Source: Eubacteriales bacterium OttesenSCG-928-K08 (lineage in GTDB: Bacteria > Bacillota > Clostridia > Christensenellales > CAG-138). From it: a stretch of 64,000 nucleotides of DNA. The stretch spans positions 6,396 to 70,395 of the forward strand of contig JAJDHH010000002.1 in NCBI GenBank assembly GCA_030266105.1, in the 5' to 3' direction. The position numbers were made by a program, and so were the translations under genes. The notes beneath the pieces are model-generated. The model did not search any database. It was not told the DNA's origin and was given only the letters and a program-made list of their open reading frames with translations. Each line of letters opens with the position of its first letter. Positions within the stretch are counted from its first letter, which is position 1. Below, piece by piece: positions 18,637-28,042 of the stretch.

Positions 18637-19880
18637 GCAAACGTTTTTGGGCGCTGGCGTTTTTTGCGCTGCTTTTGTGCAGCGCGGGCTGCATAGAAAA
18701 CAAAAGCCCCGATGAATATGGCTACGCGCTGGTAATAGGCATTGATGAGGGTGAAGAGAAGCCATATTATATCAGCATGCTGCTGCAGCGGGGCAATGGC
18801 AACACGGAAAACTCGCAGGGTGAGGTGTGCGCCTACGCGGCTGTTGAATGCGCGAACTTTTTTGAGGGGATAGATTTGCTCGAAAGCACACTCCCATATT
18901 CGCTCAACCTTTCACGCGCAACTGCGCTGATTATAAGCGAGCAGGCGGCAAGGGCGGGCTTGCTTGAAGATTTTCTTTCGGTTTCATTGAGCACGCTGCA
19001 AATTCGCTATTATGCTAATTTGGTGGTTGCGCACTCGCGTGCTGATGATTATGTGCGGGGGCTGCAGAGCGAAATGAACCCAAATGTTGCAAAGCTTCAA
19101 TACACATTTGTGGAGTATGGCGAAATAACGGGGCTTGCGCCTTCGGTGACGCTGGCGGAGTTTTATGATCGTGCGTGGTCGGGCGCGGGCTCGGGAGATG
19201 TGATGATGCCGCTTGGCGCTTTCACACCCCAAGATGAGAGCGAGGATGAGCAGCAGCCTACAATCCCAAAAGAAGAAAAGCAAAAGTCACAGCAGCAAGA
19301 GCCTGCTGTGGATATTTTGGGCGACAGCATGTTTTTGCCCGGCAGCATAAATAAAGAGGGCGGCCTTGAATCGGGCATGATGGGCAGCGCAATATTTTAC
19401 GATCGCCATGTTGTTGGGCTTTTAAACGGCCCCCACACATTGCTTGTGATGATGGCAAACGGGCAGTTTGAGCACGGGCGCATACAGCTGGCCATTGGGG
19501 ATGAGCAATCCGTCAGCGTGAGCTTAACTGCACGTAAGGCGCCAAGAGTAAAGCTGGAGCTTGGCGAAAAATCGAGCGCTCATTTTGCAATTTCACTTTC
19601 TGCGCTTGTTGAGCGGCCCGAGGCTGTTGCGCATTTAAGCGAGCAGGAGGTGGAGGATTACATAAGCGCTTATCTGGAGCGTGAGCTTTTGCGGGTGTAT
19701 GAAGCCTGCAAGCAGCAAAAGTCGGATGTTTTTGCGCTGGGCAAGCATGCAGTTGTGCAGTTTGAAAGTGTGGAGCAATGGGAGGCTTATGATTGGAAAA
19801 GCGCATATGAAAACACAAGCGTTAGCTTTAGCGTTGATGTAGCGCTTGAGTATAACCCGACAAGGTCACGTTTGGAATAA
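18633..19880 (+). CDS. spore germination lipoprotein, Ger(x)C family
   Basis: Signal peptide with lipobox LLCSAGC. ATGA overlap with the B subunit. 415 aa, third gene of the A-B-C order. Confidence 0.8.
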   Translation: MSKRFWALAFFALLLCSAGCIENKSPDEYGYALVIGIDEGEEKPYYISMLLQRGNGNTENSQGEVCAYAAVECANFFEGIDLLESTLPYSLNLSRATALIISEQAARAGLLEDFLSVSLSTLQIRYYANLVVAHSRADDYVRGLQSEMNPNVAKLQYTFVEYGEITGLAPSVTLAEFYDRAWSGAGSGDVMMPLGAFTPQDESEDEQQPTIPKEEKQKSQQQEPAVDILGDSMFLPGSINKEGGLESGMMGSAIFYDRHVVGLLNGPHTLLVMMANGQFEHGRIQLAIGDEQSVSVSLTARKAPRVKLELGEKSSAHFAISLSALVERPEAVAHLSEQEVEDYISAYLERELLRVYEACKQQKSDVFALGKHAVVQFESVEQWEAYDWKSAYENTSVSFSVDVALEYNPTRSRLE

Positions 19881-19910
19881 AAATCAAGGACGGATTGAGG
19901 TATTAAAGCT

Positions 19911-20069
19911 ATGGCAGTTATAGCCGCGCAGTTAGGCGCTGCAGCGTTTTTATCGCTATATGTGGCGCATTGCGTAAAAAAGCAACGCTTAAAAAGCGCT
20001 GCGGGAACAATTTTGCTTTGTTTGTGTTGTATTGGGGTTGCGCTGGCGCTATTTATTGGGGTGGCGTGA
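19911..20069 (+). CDS. candidate small two-TM membrane protein (52 aa) trailing the ger operon
   Basis: MAVIAAQLGAAAFLSLYVAHCVKKQRLKSAAGTILLCLCCIGVALALFIGVA: two hydrophobic helices joined by a KKQRLK loop. GAGG lies 10 nt upstream. The ORF begins 30 nt after gerC. Below the ORF-track size cut-off. Confidence 0.35.
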   Translation: MAVIAAQLGAAAFLSLYVAHCVKKQRLKSAAGTILLCLCCIGVALALFIGVA

Positions 20070-20285
20070 GCGTGTTTTTTGGAAAAGGCGGTTAGTTTTT
20101 TCGCGCATGGCGTTTGAGCGCTGAGCGGTGCTTTTAACGTCGGCCACAAATCTGCCGTTGTGGTAGCTAAGCACATCGCCCTCGCGCACATCGCCATCAA
20201 TTTTAGCAAGCGAAAGGTGCATAAATGTGTCCGGGCTCAATTCGCAAACGGCATATTCGCCTTCAAACCGGTCAACAATCAACAC
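20049..20285 (-). CDS. DUF3006 domain protein
   Basis: VLIVDRFEGEYAVCEL....IDGDVREGDVL is the DUF3006 pattern. Start moved to a GTG preceded by GGAGG 10 nt upstream. Confidence 0.6.
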   Translation of the reverse strand: MLIVDRFEGEYAVCELSPDTFMHLSLAKIDGDVREGDVLSYHNGRFVADVKSTAQRSNAMREKTNRLFQKTRSRHPNK

Positions 20286-20479
20286 TCGAAAAAAACCTCC
20301 GCTAAGTTTTGAGTTATTATATATGATTTTTTCATGTTTGTATAGCAAGTGAGCCCTACATATGGCCATGCAATAGTGGTATATTGTCGAAAAAAATCGT
20401 ATATTGTAAACTATTATGCTATAATGGGTACAAAATACACAAATGCTTGTGTTGAGCAGAACAAGGGGAGCGTGTTATA

Positions 20480-20698
20480 ATGAAAACCAAAGTGGAGTAT
20501 GTAAACGGAATGCCTGTTGAGCTGCCCATGTTGGATGAAAATATGGAAACCGAGCGCAGCAAGCTTAACGCGCTTGCCATGCAGGAATATCTGGATACAG
20601 GCACGCTTAATGGCGAAAAGCTGCTCGAAGCCAATTCTACTTTTATTGAAAAAGCAAAGGATCATAACGCCGGGGATACACAATACGGCGAGCAGTGA
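20480..20698 (+). CDS. hypothetical small acidic protein (72 aa)
   Basis: ORF with a GGGGAG SD 9 nt upstream. It lies 30 nt upstream of the PP2C phosphatase gene on the same strand. No recognisable motif. Confidence 0.45.
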   Translation: MKTKVEYVNGMPVELPMLDENMETERSKLNALAMQEYLDTGTLNGEKLLEANSTFIEKAKDHNAGDTQYGEQ

Positions 20699-20728
20699 TG
20701 CTGCGCTTGGGTATGGAGGCAAAAGGGA

Positions 20729-21808
20729 ATGCACAACAAAAGCAACATTGTCCTGCAGGGCGTTCTGGATGCCATGCAGGAGATGCTGCGCGTATTGGAT
20801 CTTTCCAACCGCGTCGTGCTCACCAACAAAAGCTACGACAGCTGCTTTGGCGATCAGCTGGATAAACGCTGCAGCGAAATGTTTGGCAGCGCAAACAGGT
20901 GCAAAACATGTATCTGCCAGGCAGCAATGGAAAAGGGAGTTCCTCAAGAACAAATTAAAAGAAACAACGGACGTGTATACTCCGTAACAGCCTCGCCTTT
21001 GCAAAACCAGGATGGTGTTGCAATTGGCGCTGTTGAGGTTTTTCGAGATATAACTGAGCAGCACAGGCAGCAGTGGCAGCTGCGTGAGCAAAACAAGCGC
21101 CTTTTGAGCGAGGCGAACTTTGCAGCGCGCATGCAGCGCGATCTTTTCCTTGCACAGGGGCGGCCGGATGAGCGGGTGAGCATGGAATCCCGCTATCTCC
21201 CCTCAAGCAGCATAGGTGGGGATATGTTTGGCTGCATCCGCCAAAACGATGGCAGGCTCAGCTTTTATGTGGCGGATGTTTCCGGCCACGGCATTGCCGC
21301 CGCGATGATTACGCTTGTGCTCGCTAATGTTATGCGCGGCGCACAAACAAATTCGGCGGTTGAAATGCTCAATAGCGCGCGCGAAGCGTTTTTATCCATG
21401 ACCTCGGATGATCAACTCTATGTTTCCATGTTTGTTGCAATACTCGATCCTGAAACGGGCGAGCTGACCTGGGCAAACGCGGGGCTTAACGCAGTGCCGC
21501 TTTTAATGTCGCGCGAGGGGCTTGAGCGCCTCTATTCGCCCGCGCTCCCTATTTGCGATTGGGAGGATGAAATTATATATCGCGAGCACAAATGTGTCAT
21601 GCCTCCTGATGGCAGGCTGCTGCTGTACACCGATGGTTTGGTGGATGAAAAATCCAGCAAACTCACCGAGGAGGATTTGGAGCGAGAGTTTTCGCAATAT
21701 GAGGGCGCAACGCTCTTAAAAAGACTTGAACGGCAGGTGCTCCCCAACCATGATGATGATGTTTGCATGCTGCTTATCACACGCAAAGACCTCAAAAACA
21801 CCATGTGA
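20729..21808 (+). CDS. PAS-domain PPM/PP2C (SpoIIE/RsbU-type) serine phosphatase
   Basis: The C-terminal PP2C block has GGDMFG, YVADVSGHGIAAAMIT, LLLYTDGL and DDDVCMLLI. The N-terminal PAS-like domain has a Cys cluster (CSEMFGSANRCKTCIC). Confidence 0.85.
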   Translation: MHNKSNIVLQGVLDAMQEMLRVLDLSNRVVLTNKSYDSCFGDQLDKRCSEMFGSANRCKTCICQAAMEKGVPQEQIKRNNGRVYSVTASPLQNQDGVAIGAVEVFRDITEQHRQQWQLREQNKRLLSEANFAARMQRDLFLAQGRPDERVSMESRYLPSSSIGGDMFGCIRQNDGRLSFYVADVSGHGIAAAMITLVLANVMRGAQTNSAVEMLNSAREAFLSMTSDDQLYVSMFVAILDPETGELTWANAGLNAVPLLMSREGLERLYSPALPICDWEDEIIYREHKCVMPPDGRLLLYTDGLVDEKSSKLTEEDLEREFSQYEGATLLKRLERQVLPNHDDDVCMLLITRKDLKNTM

Positions 21809-21957
21809 ACAAACGGGAAAGTTTAGCATCAGTTTTGCCAATTTTCAAAGGATGGCTTTGCAGCCGGGTTTTGTTGCGGTATAATATGCGCAGGCGCTTT
21901 TGGGGCAGCAAGAGCGCCTGGCTTTTATAGCAAAAACACTTAGCGTAGCAGGGAGTG

Positions 21958-22812
21958 ATGAATGTGTCTTTAAGCGAGATTGTAAACGCCATAACCAGCG
22001 GGTTTGCGCAGTTTTCGTTCGGGGACGCAGTGGACATCATTCTGCTGGCCTATCTCATATACAAGCTGATTATATGGACCAAGGAAACCAGAGCCTATCA
22101 AGTGTTAAAGGGCTTTGCTTTGCTGTTTTTGGTCTACTTTGTGGTTCAGGTTCTGGAAATGAACACGATCAGCTTCTTGATGGGTTCGATCATGCAATCC
22201 GGAATTATCGTTGTGGTGATACTCTTTCAGCCGGAAATACGCCGCGCGTTTGAGCACATTGGCAGGGGCACCCTGTTTGAAAGAGGCATTCTAAACGGCC
22301 TCGAGCAGGAATCGAGCGATGATGTGCGCGAAATTCAAAAAGCCGTGCTTAACATGGCGCGCCGCCATGTTGGGGCCTTGCTTGTGATTGAGCAAAACGT
22401 TGCCCTTGGGGACATAAGCTCCACCGGCACAAGGATAGACGGCAGAATCTCCAGCGCCTTGATCGAAAACATATTTGAGCCCAACACTCCGCTGCACGAT
22501 GGCGCGATGATTATTCGCGGCGATATGATTTTGGCCGCGGGTTGCTTTTTGCCATTGTCGGATGATACGGATATCTCCAGAGAGCTTGGCACAAGGCACA
22601 GGGCGGCGCTTGGAATATCCACAGTATCGGACAGTGTGACGATTGTTGTTTCAGAGGAAACGGGTGTTATATCAAGCGCTAAGGATGGCAAGCTTGTGCG
22701 CTATATGGACGCAAAGGCGCTGAAGGATTTGCTGGATAGTATTTTTGTCAAACAACCCGGCGGCAAAATGTTTACGCGCTTTTTTACCAGGAGGAGCAAA
22801 AATGGAAAATGA
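21958..22812 (+). CDS. cdaA: diadenylate cyclase CdaA (three N-terminal TM helices + DAC domain)
   Basis: DAC motifs are GALLVIE, TPLHDGAMII, FLPLS and LGTRHRAALGIS. The exact start is uncertain (GTG 21955, ATG 21958 or GTG 21964). Confidence 0.9.
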   Translation: MNVSLSEIVNAITSGFAQFSFGDAVDIILLAYLIYKLIIWTKETRAYQVLKGFALLFLVYFVVQVLEMNTISFLMGSIMQSGIIVVVILFQPEIRRAFEHIGRGTLFERGILNGLEQESSDDVREIQKAVLNMARRHVGALLVIEQNVALGDISSTGTRIDGRISSALIENIFEPNTPLHDGAMIIRGDMILAAGCFLPLSDDTDISRELGTRHRAALGISTVSDSVTIVVSEETGVISSAKDGKLVRYMDAKALKDLLDSIFVKQPGGKMFTRFFTRRSKNGK

Positions 22813-24121
22813 ACGCAAAAGGAGCCGGGTAGGCACGTTTTTCAGAAATCTGCTTCTCAATAATCTGGGGCTTAAAATCATGGCTATCTTTTTTGCCATG
22901 GTCGTTTGGGGCGTGGTGCTGACAACGCAGAACCCTTACCGCAACAAAACCATTCAAAATGTGCCGGTGAGCTTTCGCGGCATAAACGATCTTCATGCAA
23001 AGGGCCTTGTTGTCAGGGGCAATCCGCTTGAAGAGCAGGGTGGCGTAAATGTGCGTGTGAGCGTGCCCATAACAAGCTATAAGGATCTTACGGCGGATTA
23101 TCTTACAGCGCTTATCAACCTTGATAACGTCAATTCCGTGGGCAATTATTCTTTAACTGTCAACGCTTCGATTTTAGCGCCCTATAATCAGGATAGCAGG
23201 CTGGATACGACAACGCCTGCGCGTATAGATGTTGAAATAGACAGCTTGATATCAAAATCCGTGCCTGTTGAGGTGCGTTATGAGGGCGTGTTGCCCGAAG
23301 GTTACTGGGCGGATGAGGCGGAGCTTAGCGTCGATTCACAGCCCATAAGCTATGTGCAGATACGCGGGCCAAAGCAGGATGTGCAGCGGGTATCCAAGGC
23401 AATCTGCTATGTTGCGCTGAGCGATCGCACACAAACATACAATGGCGCCGTGGAGCTTATTTTGTGGGATGAAAGCGGCGAGGAAGTTGACGCGCAGCTT
23501 TTCCTGGATGAACTGCCCGCAGTTACCGTTAAAATGCAGGTTCAGCCTAAAAAAACAGTACCCATAGACATAATGGGCTCACTGCTGGGGGTGGACAACC
23601 TGCCCGCCAACTACGAAATTTACGATGCGATTGCAACACCCACCGAGGTCGTTATAATAGGCGAGGCGGATCGCCTTGCGGAGGTCGCTTCGCTTAAGTT
23701 TGAGGGAATAGATGTTTCCGGCCGCCGCGAAGCGATCGATGAAAAGCAGCGCCTGTTGAGCATACCCGAGGGTGTGCGTGTGCTTGGCAACATTGAAGCT
23801 GTTGATGTTTATGTTGATATTCGTGAAAAAACAAGCCGCAAGGAGTTTAAGGCCATCCCGATTACGGTGATGGGGCTTGGCTCCAGGCTTAGCGCGCAGC
23901 TTAGCGCCGAAACTGTGGATGTGGCTGTTGAGGGCAGGGTTTCAATAGTTGATCCGCTTGAGCGTAATGACATTATTGCGTTTGTCGACCTTGAAAATAT
24001 CCGCGAAGGAACATACGAGGATCTGGATGTTACGATCCATGTGTTAAACGATGATGTCACGCTCGAGCTGTTTATCAACCAGACAGTCGCGCAGGTGAAT
24101 GTGAAAGTTACCTCCGGGTAA
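22802..24121 (+). CDS. cdaR: CdaR (YbbR-domain) regulator of CdaA
   Basis: Start trimmed to MENERKRS with AGGAGG upstream, overlapping the cdaA end. It has a single TM anchor followed by repeated YbbR-like beta domains. Position is the canonical one after cdaA. Confidence 0.8.
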   Translation: MENERKRSRVGTFFRNLLLNNLGLKIMAIFFAMVVWGVVLTTQNPYRNKTIQNVPVSFRGINDLHAKGLVVRGNPLEEQGGVNVRVSVPITSYKDLTADYLTALINLDNVNSVGNYSLTVNASILAPYNQDSRLDTTTPARIDVEIDSLISKSVPVEVRYEGVLPEGYWADEAELSVDSQPISYVQIRGPKQDVQRVSKAICYVALSDRTQTYNGAVELILWDESGEEVDAQLFLDELPAVTVKMQVQPKKTVPIDIMGSLLGVDNLPANYEIYDAIATPTEVVIIGEADRLAEVASLKFEGIDVSGRREAIDEKQRLLSIPEGVRVLGNIEAVDVYVDIREKTSRKEFKAIPITVMGLGSRLSAQLSAETVDVAVEGRVSIVDPLERNDIIAFVDLENIREGTYEDLDVTIHVLNDDVTLELFINQTVAQVNVKVTSG

Positions 24122-24146
24122 CGCAAAGGCAAATAGGGTCGTTTAC

Positions 24147-24179
24147 AAAAGGGCGCATATTGTGTAGGGCGCCTTTTTT
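24147..24179 (+). terminator. intrinsic terminator after cdaR
   Basis: AAAAGGGCGC...GGGCGCC hairpin followed by TTTTTT. Confidence 0.55.
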
Positions 24180-24235
24180 GTGGGAACAATCCGGTTAGTG
24201 GGTTTTTATTTTGTTAAGCTCAGATTGGAGGGAAA

Positions 24236-25843
24236 ATGGCGCTATTACTTTCGGATATCCGGTTGCCCTTGGATGCTGATATGAACGATCTGCCGGGCAT
24301 TTTGGAAAAAGCGTTCGGCATTCCAAAAAAATCTGTGCAGGCGATAAGGATCGTTCGCCAATCCTTGGATGCGCGCAAAAAGAACGATATTCACTTTCAA
24401 ATTGGCGTGGTTGCGCAGTTGGAGCGCCGCTTTGAGCAAAGGCTGTTGGAAAGTGATGATAAGCGGGTTGCTTTTTATAAGCCTATGGAGGCGTACGCGC
24501 TCAAAACAGGGGATAAAACACAGCAGGGCCGCATCGTTATTGCAGGCCTGGGGCCTGCGGGGCTTTTTGCGGCGTATTTTCTTGCGCGCGCGGGCTACCG
24601 GCCGCTTTGCGTTGAGCGAGGCCGAGATATTGATAACCGCAAGCGCGATGTCGATCATTTTTGGGCAACAGGCGAGCTTAACAACGAGAGCAATGTTACG
24701 TTTGGCGAGGGTGGGGCAGGCACGTTTTCTGATGGCAAGCTGACTACTCGCAGCAAAAACGAACGCGCGCAGGTTGTGCTTGAAACATTCGCGGAGTTTG
24801 GCGCACCGCCGGATATACTCTATCAGGCTAAACCACACATCGGCACGGATTATTTGCAGAATATTGTTAAAAACATGCGCGAGGCGATCTGCCGAGCAGG
24901 CGGCGAGGTTTGCTTTGAAACCAAGCTTGAAAACATATCGGTTATTGATGGGCGTTTATCCCGTGTTATTCTGAAAAAGGGCGAACGTAAAGAAAAAATC
25001 GAAACAGCAGCGCTGGTGCTTGCAACGGGCCAGGCGGCGAGGGATACATATGAAATGCTCCTGAGTCATCCGGTTATGATGCAGCCCAAGGCGTTTGCCG
25101 TGGGTGTGAGGATTGAGCATCCGCAAGGTTTGATAGATAGTGCGCAGTTTGGGGCGCTTGCGGGGCATCCGCGCCTGGGTGCGGCGGAGTACAGGCTGAC
25201 TGCACGCGGCGGTTCACGCGGAGTATATACATTTTGCATGTGCCCCGGCGGCGAGGTGGTGAATGCCGCATCGGGGCCTGAGCAGGTTGTCGTAAATGGG
25301 ATGAGCCAGCGCGCCCGCAACGGGAAAAATGCAAATTCAGCAATCGTCGTGCAGGTTAGCGAGCAGGATTTTGGGCGCGAACCGCTTAGCGGCCTGCGCT
25401 TCCAGCAGGAGCTTGAAAGGAAGGCATATCTTTGCGGCGGCGGCAATTTTAGCGCGCCCGCGCAAAGGGTGGAGGATTTTATCAGGGGCAGCAAAAGCGC
25501 CCGCTTTCAAAATGTTTTGCCCACCTGCCGCCCGGGGGTAACGCCGCACAGGTTGGACACCATGCTGCCGGATTATATCGCAGGCGGCATACAAAGCGGC
25601 ATAAAGACGTTTTCGCGCCAGCTAAAGGGCTTTGATAATCCGGATGCTGTGCTTAGCGCAGTTGAAAGCCGCACAAGCTCGCCCGTGCGTATAGTCAGAA
25701 ATGAGCTTGGCAACTCCCCCGGCGTTGAGGGTTTATATCCTGTTGGCGAGGGTGCGGGGTACGCGGGCGGTATCGTTAGCGCCGCGATTGACGGCATGAT
25801 GGCTGCGGAGCGTATAGCTTCCATATTTGCGCCCAACAATTAA
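24236..25843 (+). CDS. FAD-dependent oxidoreductase (COG2509-like NAD(FAD)-utilising dehydrogenase)
   Basis: Dinucleotide-binding motif IVIAGLGPAGLFAAYFLARAG; later FCMCPGG and GEGAGYAGGI motifs. GGAGGG SD. Confidence 0.75.
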   Translation: MALLLSDIRLPLDADMNDLPGILEKAFGIPKKSVQAIRIVRQSLDARKKNDIHFQIGVVAQLERRFEQRLLESDDKRVAFYKPMEAYALKTGDKTQQGRIVIAGLGPAGLFAAYFLARAGYRPLCVERGRDIDNRKRDVDHFWATGELNNESNVTFGEGGAGTFSDGKLTTRSKNERAQVVLETFAEFGAPPDILYQAKPHIGTDYLQNIVKNMREAICRAGGEVCFETKLENISVIDGRLSRVILKKGERKEKIETAALVLATGQAARDTYEMLLSHPVMMQPKAFAVGVRIEHPQGLIDSAQFGALAGHPRLGAAEYRLTARGGSRGVYTFCMCPGGEVVNAASGPEQVVVNGMSQRARNGKNANSAIVVQVSEQDFGREPLSGLRFQQELERKAYLCGGGNFSAPAQRVEDFIRGSKSARFQNVLPTCRPGVTPHRLDTMLPDYIAGGIQSGIKTFSRQLKGFDNPDAVLSAVESRTSSPVRIVRNELGNSPGVEGLYPVGEGAGYAGGIVSAAIDGMMAAERIASIFAPNN

Positions 25844-25941
25844 AATGACATTAAAAATATATAATGATTTTATTCCTATACCGATGTGTTTTTCATGTAT
25901 AATGGTAAAGGGTATGTATTGTTATCTGGAGGCAACAGCGA

Positions 25942-26658
25942 ATGAACAAATGTTATGTGCTGATCGGAAACTTCGGAAGCGGAAAATCTGAAATCTCAAT
26001 AAACATTTCAATGCAGGCGGCTAAAAAAGAAAAAGCCGTGCTGGTCGATCTTGACATTGTTAACCCATATTTTCGTTCAGTCGAGCGCAAGGGTGAGCTT
26101 GAGGCTGCGGGCGTGAAGCTATATCATCCCATATTTGCGTTGACCACGGTGGATGTGCCCTCGCTCCCGCCCGACATATACTCAGTGTTTGTTGGGGATT
26201 ATGATACCGTTGTGTTTGATGTTGGCGGCGACCCTGCAGGAGCAACAGCGCTTGGGCAATATCGCGCAAATTTTGCAAAATTGCCCGAGGGTGTGCTTGA
26301 GGTGCTATACGTTATAAACCCGAACAGGCCGCTCTCATCATCACCCGAGCAGGTGCTTGAAATGCTGGAAAAAATCCAGTACCGTTCCCGCCTGCCTGTT
26401 TCGGGCTTTATAAACAACGCCAACCTTGCAGGTGAAACCAGTGCGGACGATTTGCTGCTGGGTTACGACATGCTTAAAATCATAAGCGAAAAAACTGGCA
26501 TCCCCGTTTCATACACCTGCGGCACAAAAACCGTGCTTGAGAATTTTGCGAAAATAGCAAAAGAGCGGGAGCTGAATGATAGATATATAGGCGAGTATAA
26601 GGAAATTCAAATATACATGCACAGGGATTGGGATAGGTTCACAACTCTTGGTGTATAG
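25942..26658 (+). CDS. MinD/ParA/CooC-like P-loop NTPase of unknown role
   Basis: Deviant Walker A LIGNFGSGKSE, then VLVDLDIVNPYF and DTVVFDVGGD (Walker B-like). GGAGG SD. Directly upstream of the 2-oxoacid oxidoreductase operon. Confidence 0.6.
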   Translation: MNKCYVLIGNFGSGKSEISINISMQAAKKEKAVLVDLDIVNPYFRSVERKGELEAAGVKLYHPIFALTTVDVPSLPPDIYSVFVGDYDTVVFDVGGDPAGATALGQYRANFAKLPEGVLEVLYVINPNRPLSSSPEQVLEMLEKIQYRSRLPVSGFINNANLAGETSADDLLLGYDMLKIISEKTGIPVSYTCGTKTVLENFAKIAKERELNDRYIGEYKEIQIYMHRDWDRFTTLGV

Positions 26659-26752
26659 CCGGTTTTCTTCAGGCGCGTGCCTGATAAAATAACACTTGGG
26701 CGTGGATGCGCCCGGCTTTAACCAACAATCAGAAAGCGAGGTAATTCAAGCA

Positions 26753-26959
26753 ATGGCCAAGGTCACCATTATCGAGGAACGTTGCAAGGGTTGCGGACTC
26801 TGCGTGAGGGCTTGTCCGAAAAAGATCATGCAGCTATCCGAAACAAAATTGAATTCAAAAGGGTACCATCCCGCGGAAGTTGTGGAACCGGAAAAATGCA
26901 TCGCGTGCGCCGCGTGTGCGCGTAACTGCCCGGACGCTGTTATCACCGTAGAGAAGTAA
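26753..26959 (+). CDS. 2-oxoacid:ferredoxin oxidoreductase delta subunit (2x[4Fe-4S] ferredoxin)
   Basis: Start trimmed to MAKVTIIEERCKGCGLCVRACP. A second cluster motif is CIACAACARNCP. Confidence 0.85.
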   Translation: MAKVTIIEERCKGCGLCVRACPKKIMQLSETKLNSKGYHPAEVVEPEKCIACAACARNCPDAVITVEK

Positions 26960-26974
26960 GGAGGGAGACATAGC

Positions 26975-28039
26975 ATGGCCAAGAAACTTATGAAGGGCTG
27001 TGAAGCCGTGGCAGAAGCCGCAATCCAGGCAGGTTGCAGGTTTTTCTTTGGCTACCCAATCACACCCCAGAATGATATCCCCGAGTATATGTCGGCGCGT
27101 ATGCCCAAGGTGGGCGGCTGCTTCTTGCAGGCCGAAAGTGAAGTTGCCGCGATAAACATGGTTTATGGTGCGGCGGGTGCCGGCGCTCGCGTAATGACAT
27201 CCTCGTCAAGCCCAGGCATCAGCCTCAAAATGGAAGGTATCTCCTACATTGCGGCGGCTGAGCTTCCCTGCGTGATTGTTAACATGATGCGCGGCGGCCC
27301 GGGCCTTGGCTCCATCCAGGCCTCGCAGGGCGACTATTTCCAGGCAACAAAGGGCGGCGGGCATGGCGATTACCGCATGATCGTGTATGCGCCCGCATCC
27401 GTGCAGGAAATGATAGATATGATGCAGCACGCTTTTGATGTTGCCGATAAGTTCCGCACACCGGTTATGGTGCTGGCGGATGGTATTATCGGGCAGATGA
27501 TGGAGCCTGTTGAAATCACCGAAGGCGGAAACGTCGTGCTGCCCAAAAAGGATTGGGCAACAACAGGTTATAAAACTGGCGAACGTCCGCGCAGCATCGT
27601 CAACTCACTCTACATTGAAGTTGAAGAGCTTGAAGAACTGACAAATCGCCTCCAGGCACGCTATCGTGAAATCGAAGAGACCGAAACAAAGGTTGAGGTT
27701 TACAATACCGAGGGTGCGGAGTTCGTGCTTTGCGCTTATGGTACTGTTGCGCGTATTTGTAAAACAGCCATCATGCAGCTGCAAAAGCAGGGCGTGAAGG
27801 TTGGCCTTGTGCGCCCGATTACGCTGTGGCCTTTCCCGAGCACTGCTGTGCATGATGCGATTGTGGCGGATAGCGTTAAAAAGGCGCTGTGCGTGGAGAT
27901 GAGCGCGGGGCAGATGGTGGAAGACGTAAGGCTTGCTGTTGATGGCAAAAAGGAAGTTGCGTTCTTTGGCTATTCCGGCAGCCGTGTTCCTACAGCGGAA
28001 GAGATCGCACAAAGAATCTTGGAAATGAGGGGGGCTTGA
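26975..28039 (+). CDS. 2-oxoacid:ferredoxin oxidoreductase alpha subunit (KOR/VOR type)
   Basis: MKGCEAVAEAAIQAGCRFFFGYPITPQNDI... is typical of KorA/VorB alpha subunits. 354 aa. Confidence 0.9.
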   Translation: MAKKLMKGCEAVAEAAIQAGCRFFFGYPITPQNDIPEYMSARMPKVGGCFLQAESEVAAINMVYGAAGAGARVMTSSSSPGISLKMEGISYIAAAELPCVIVNMMRGGPGLGSIQASQGDYFQATKGGGHGDYRMIVYAPASVQEMIDMMQHAFDVADKFRTPVMVLADGIIGQMMEPVEITEGGNVVLPKKDWATTGYKTGERPRSIVNSLYIEVEELEELTNRLQARYREIEETETKVEVYNTEGAEFVLCAYGTVARICKTAIMQLQKQGVKVGLVRPITLWPFPSTAVHDAIVADSVKKALCVEMSAGQMVEDVRLAVDGKKEVAFFGYSGSRVPTAEEIAQRILEMRGA

Positions 28040-28042
28040 CCT

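Noticed and set aside
24122-24235. Absence of glmM after cdaA-cdaR, the usual Firmicute order cdaA-cdaR-glmM.
   Set aside because: This is real as an observation: an FAD-dependent oxidoreductase follows instead, after a terminator. Gene-order variation of this kind is common and does not by itself indicate anything unusual.
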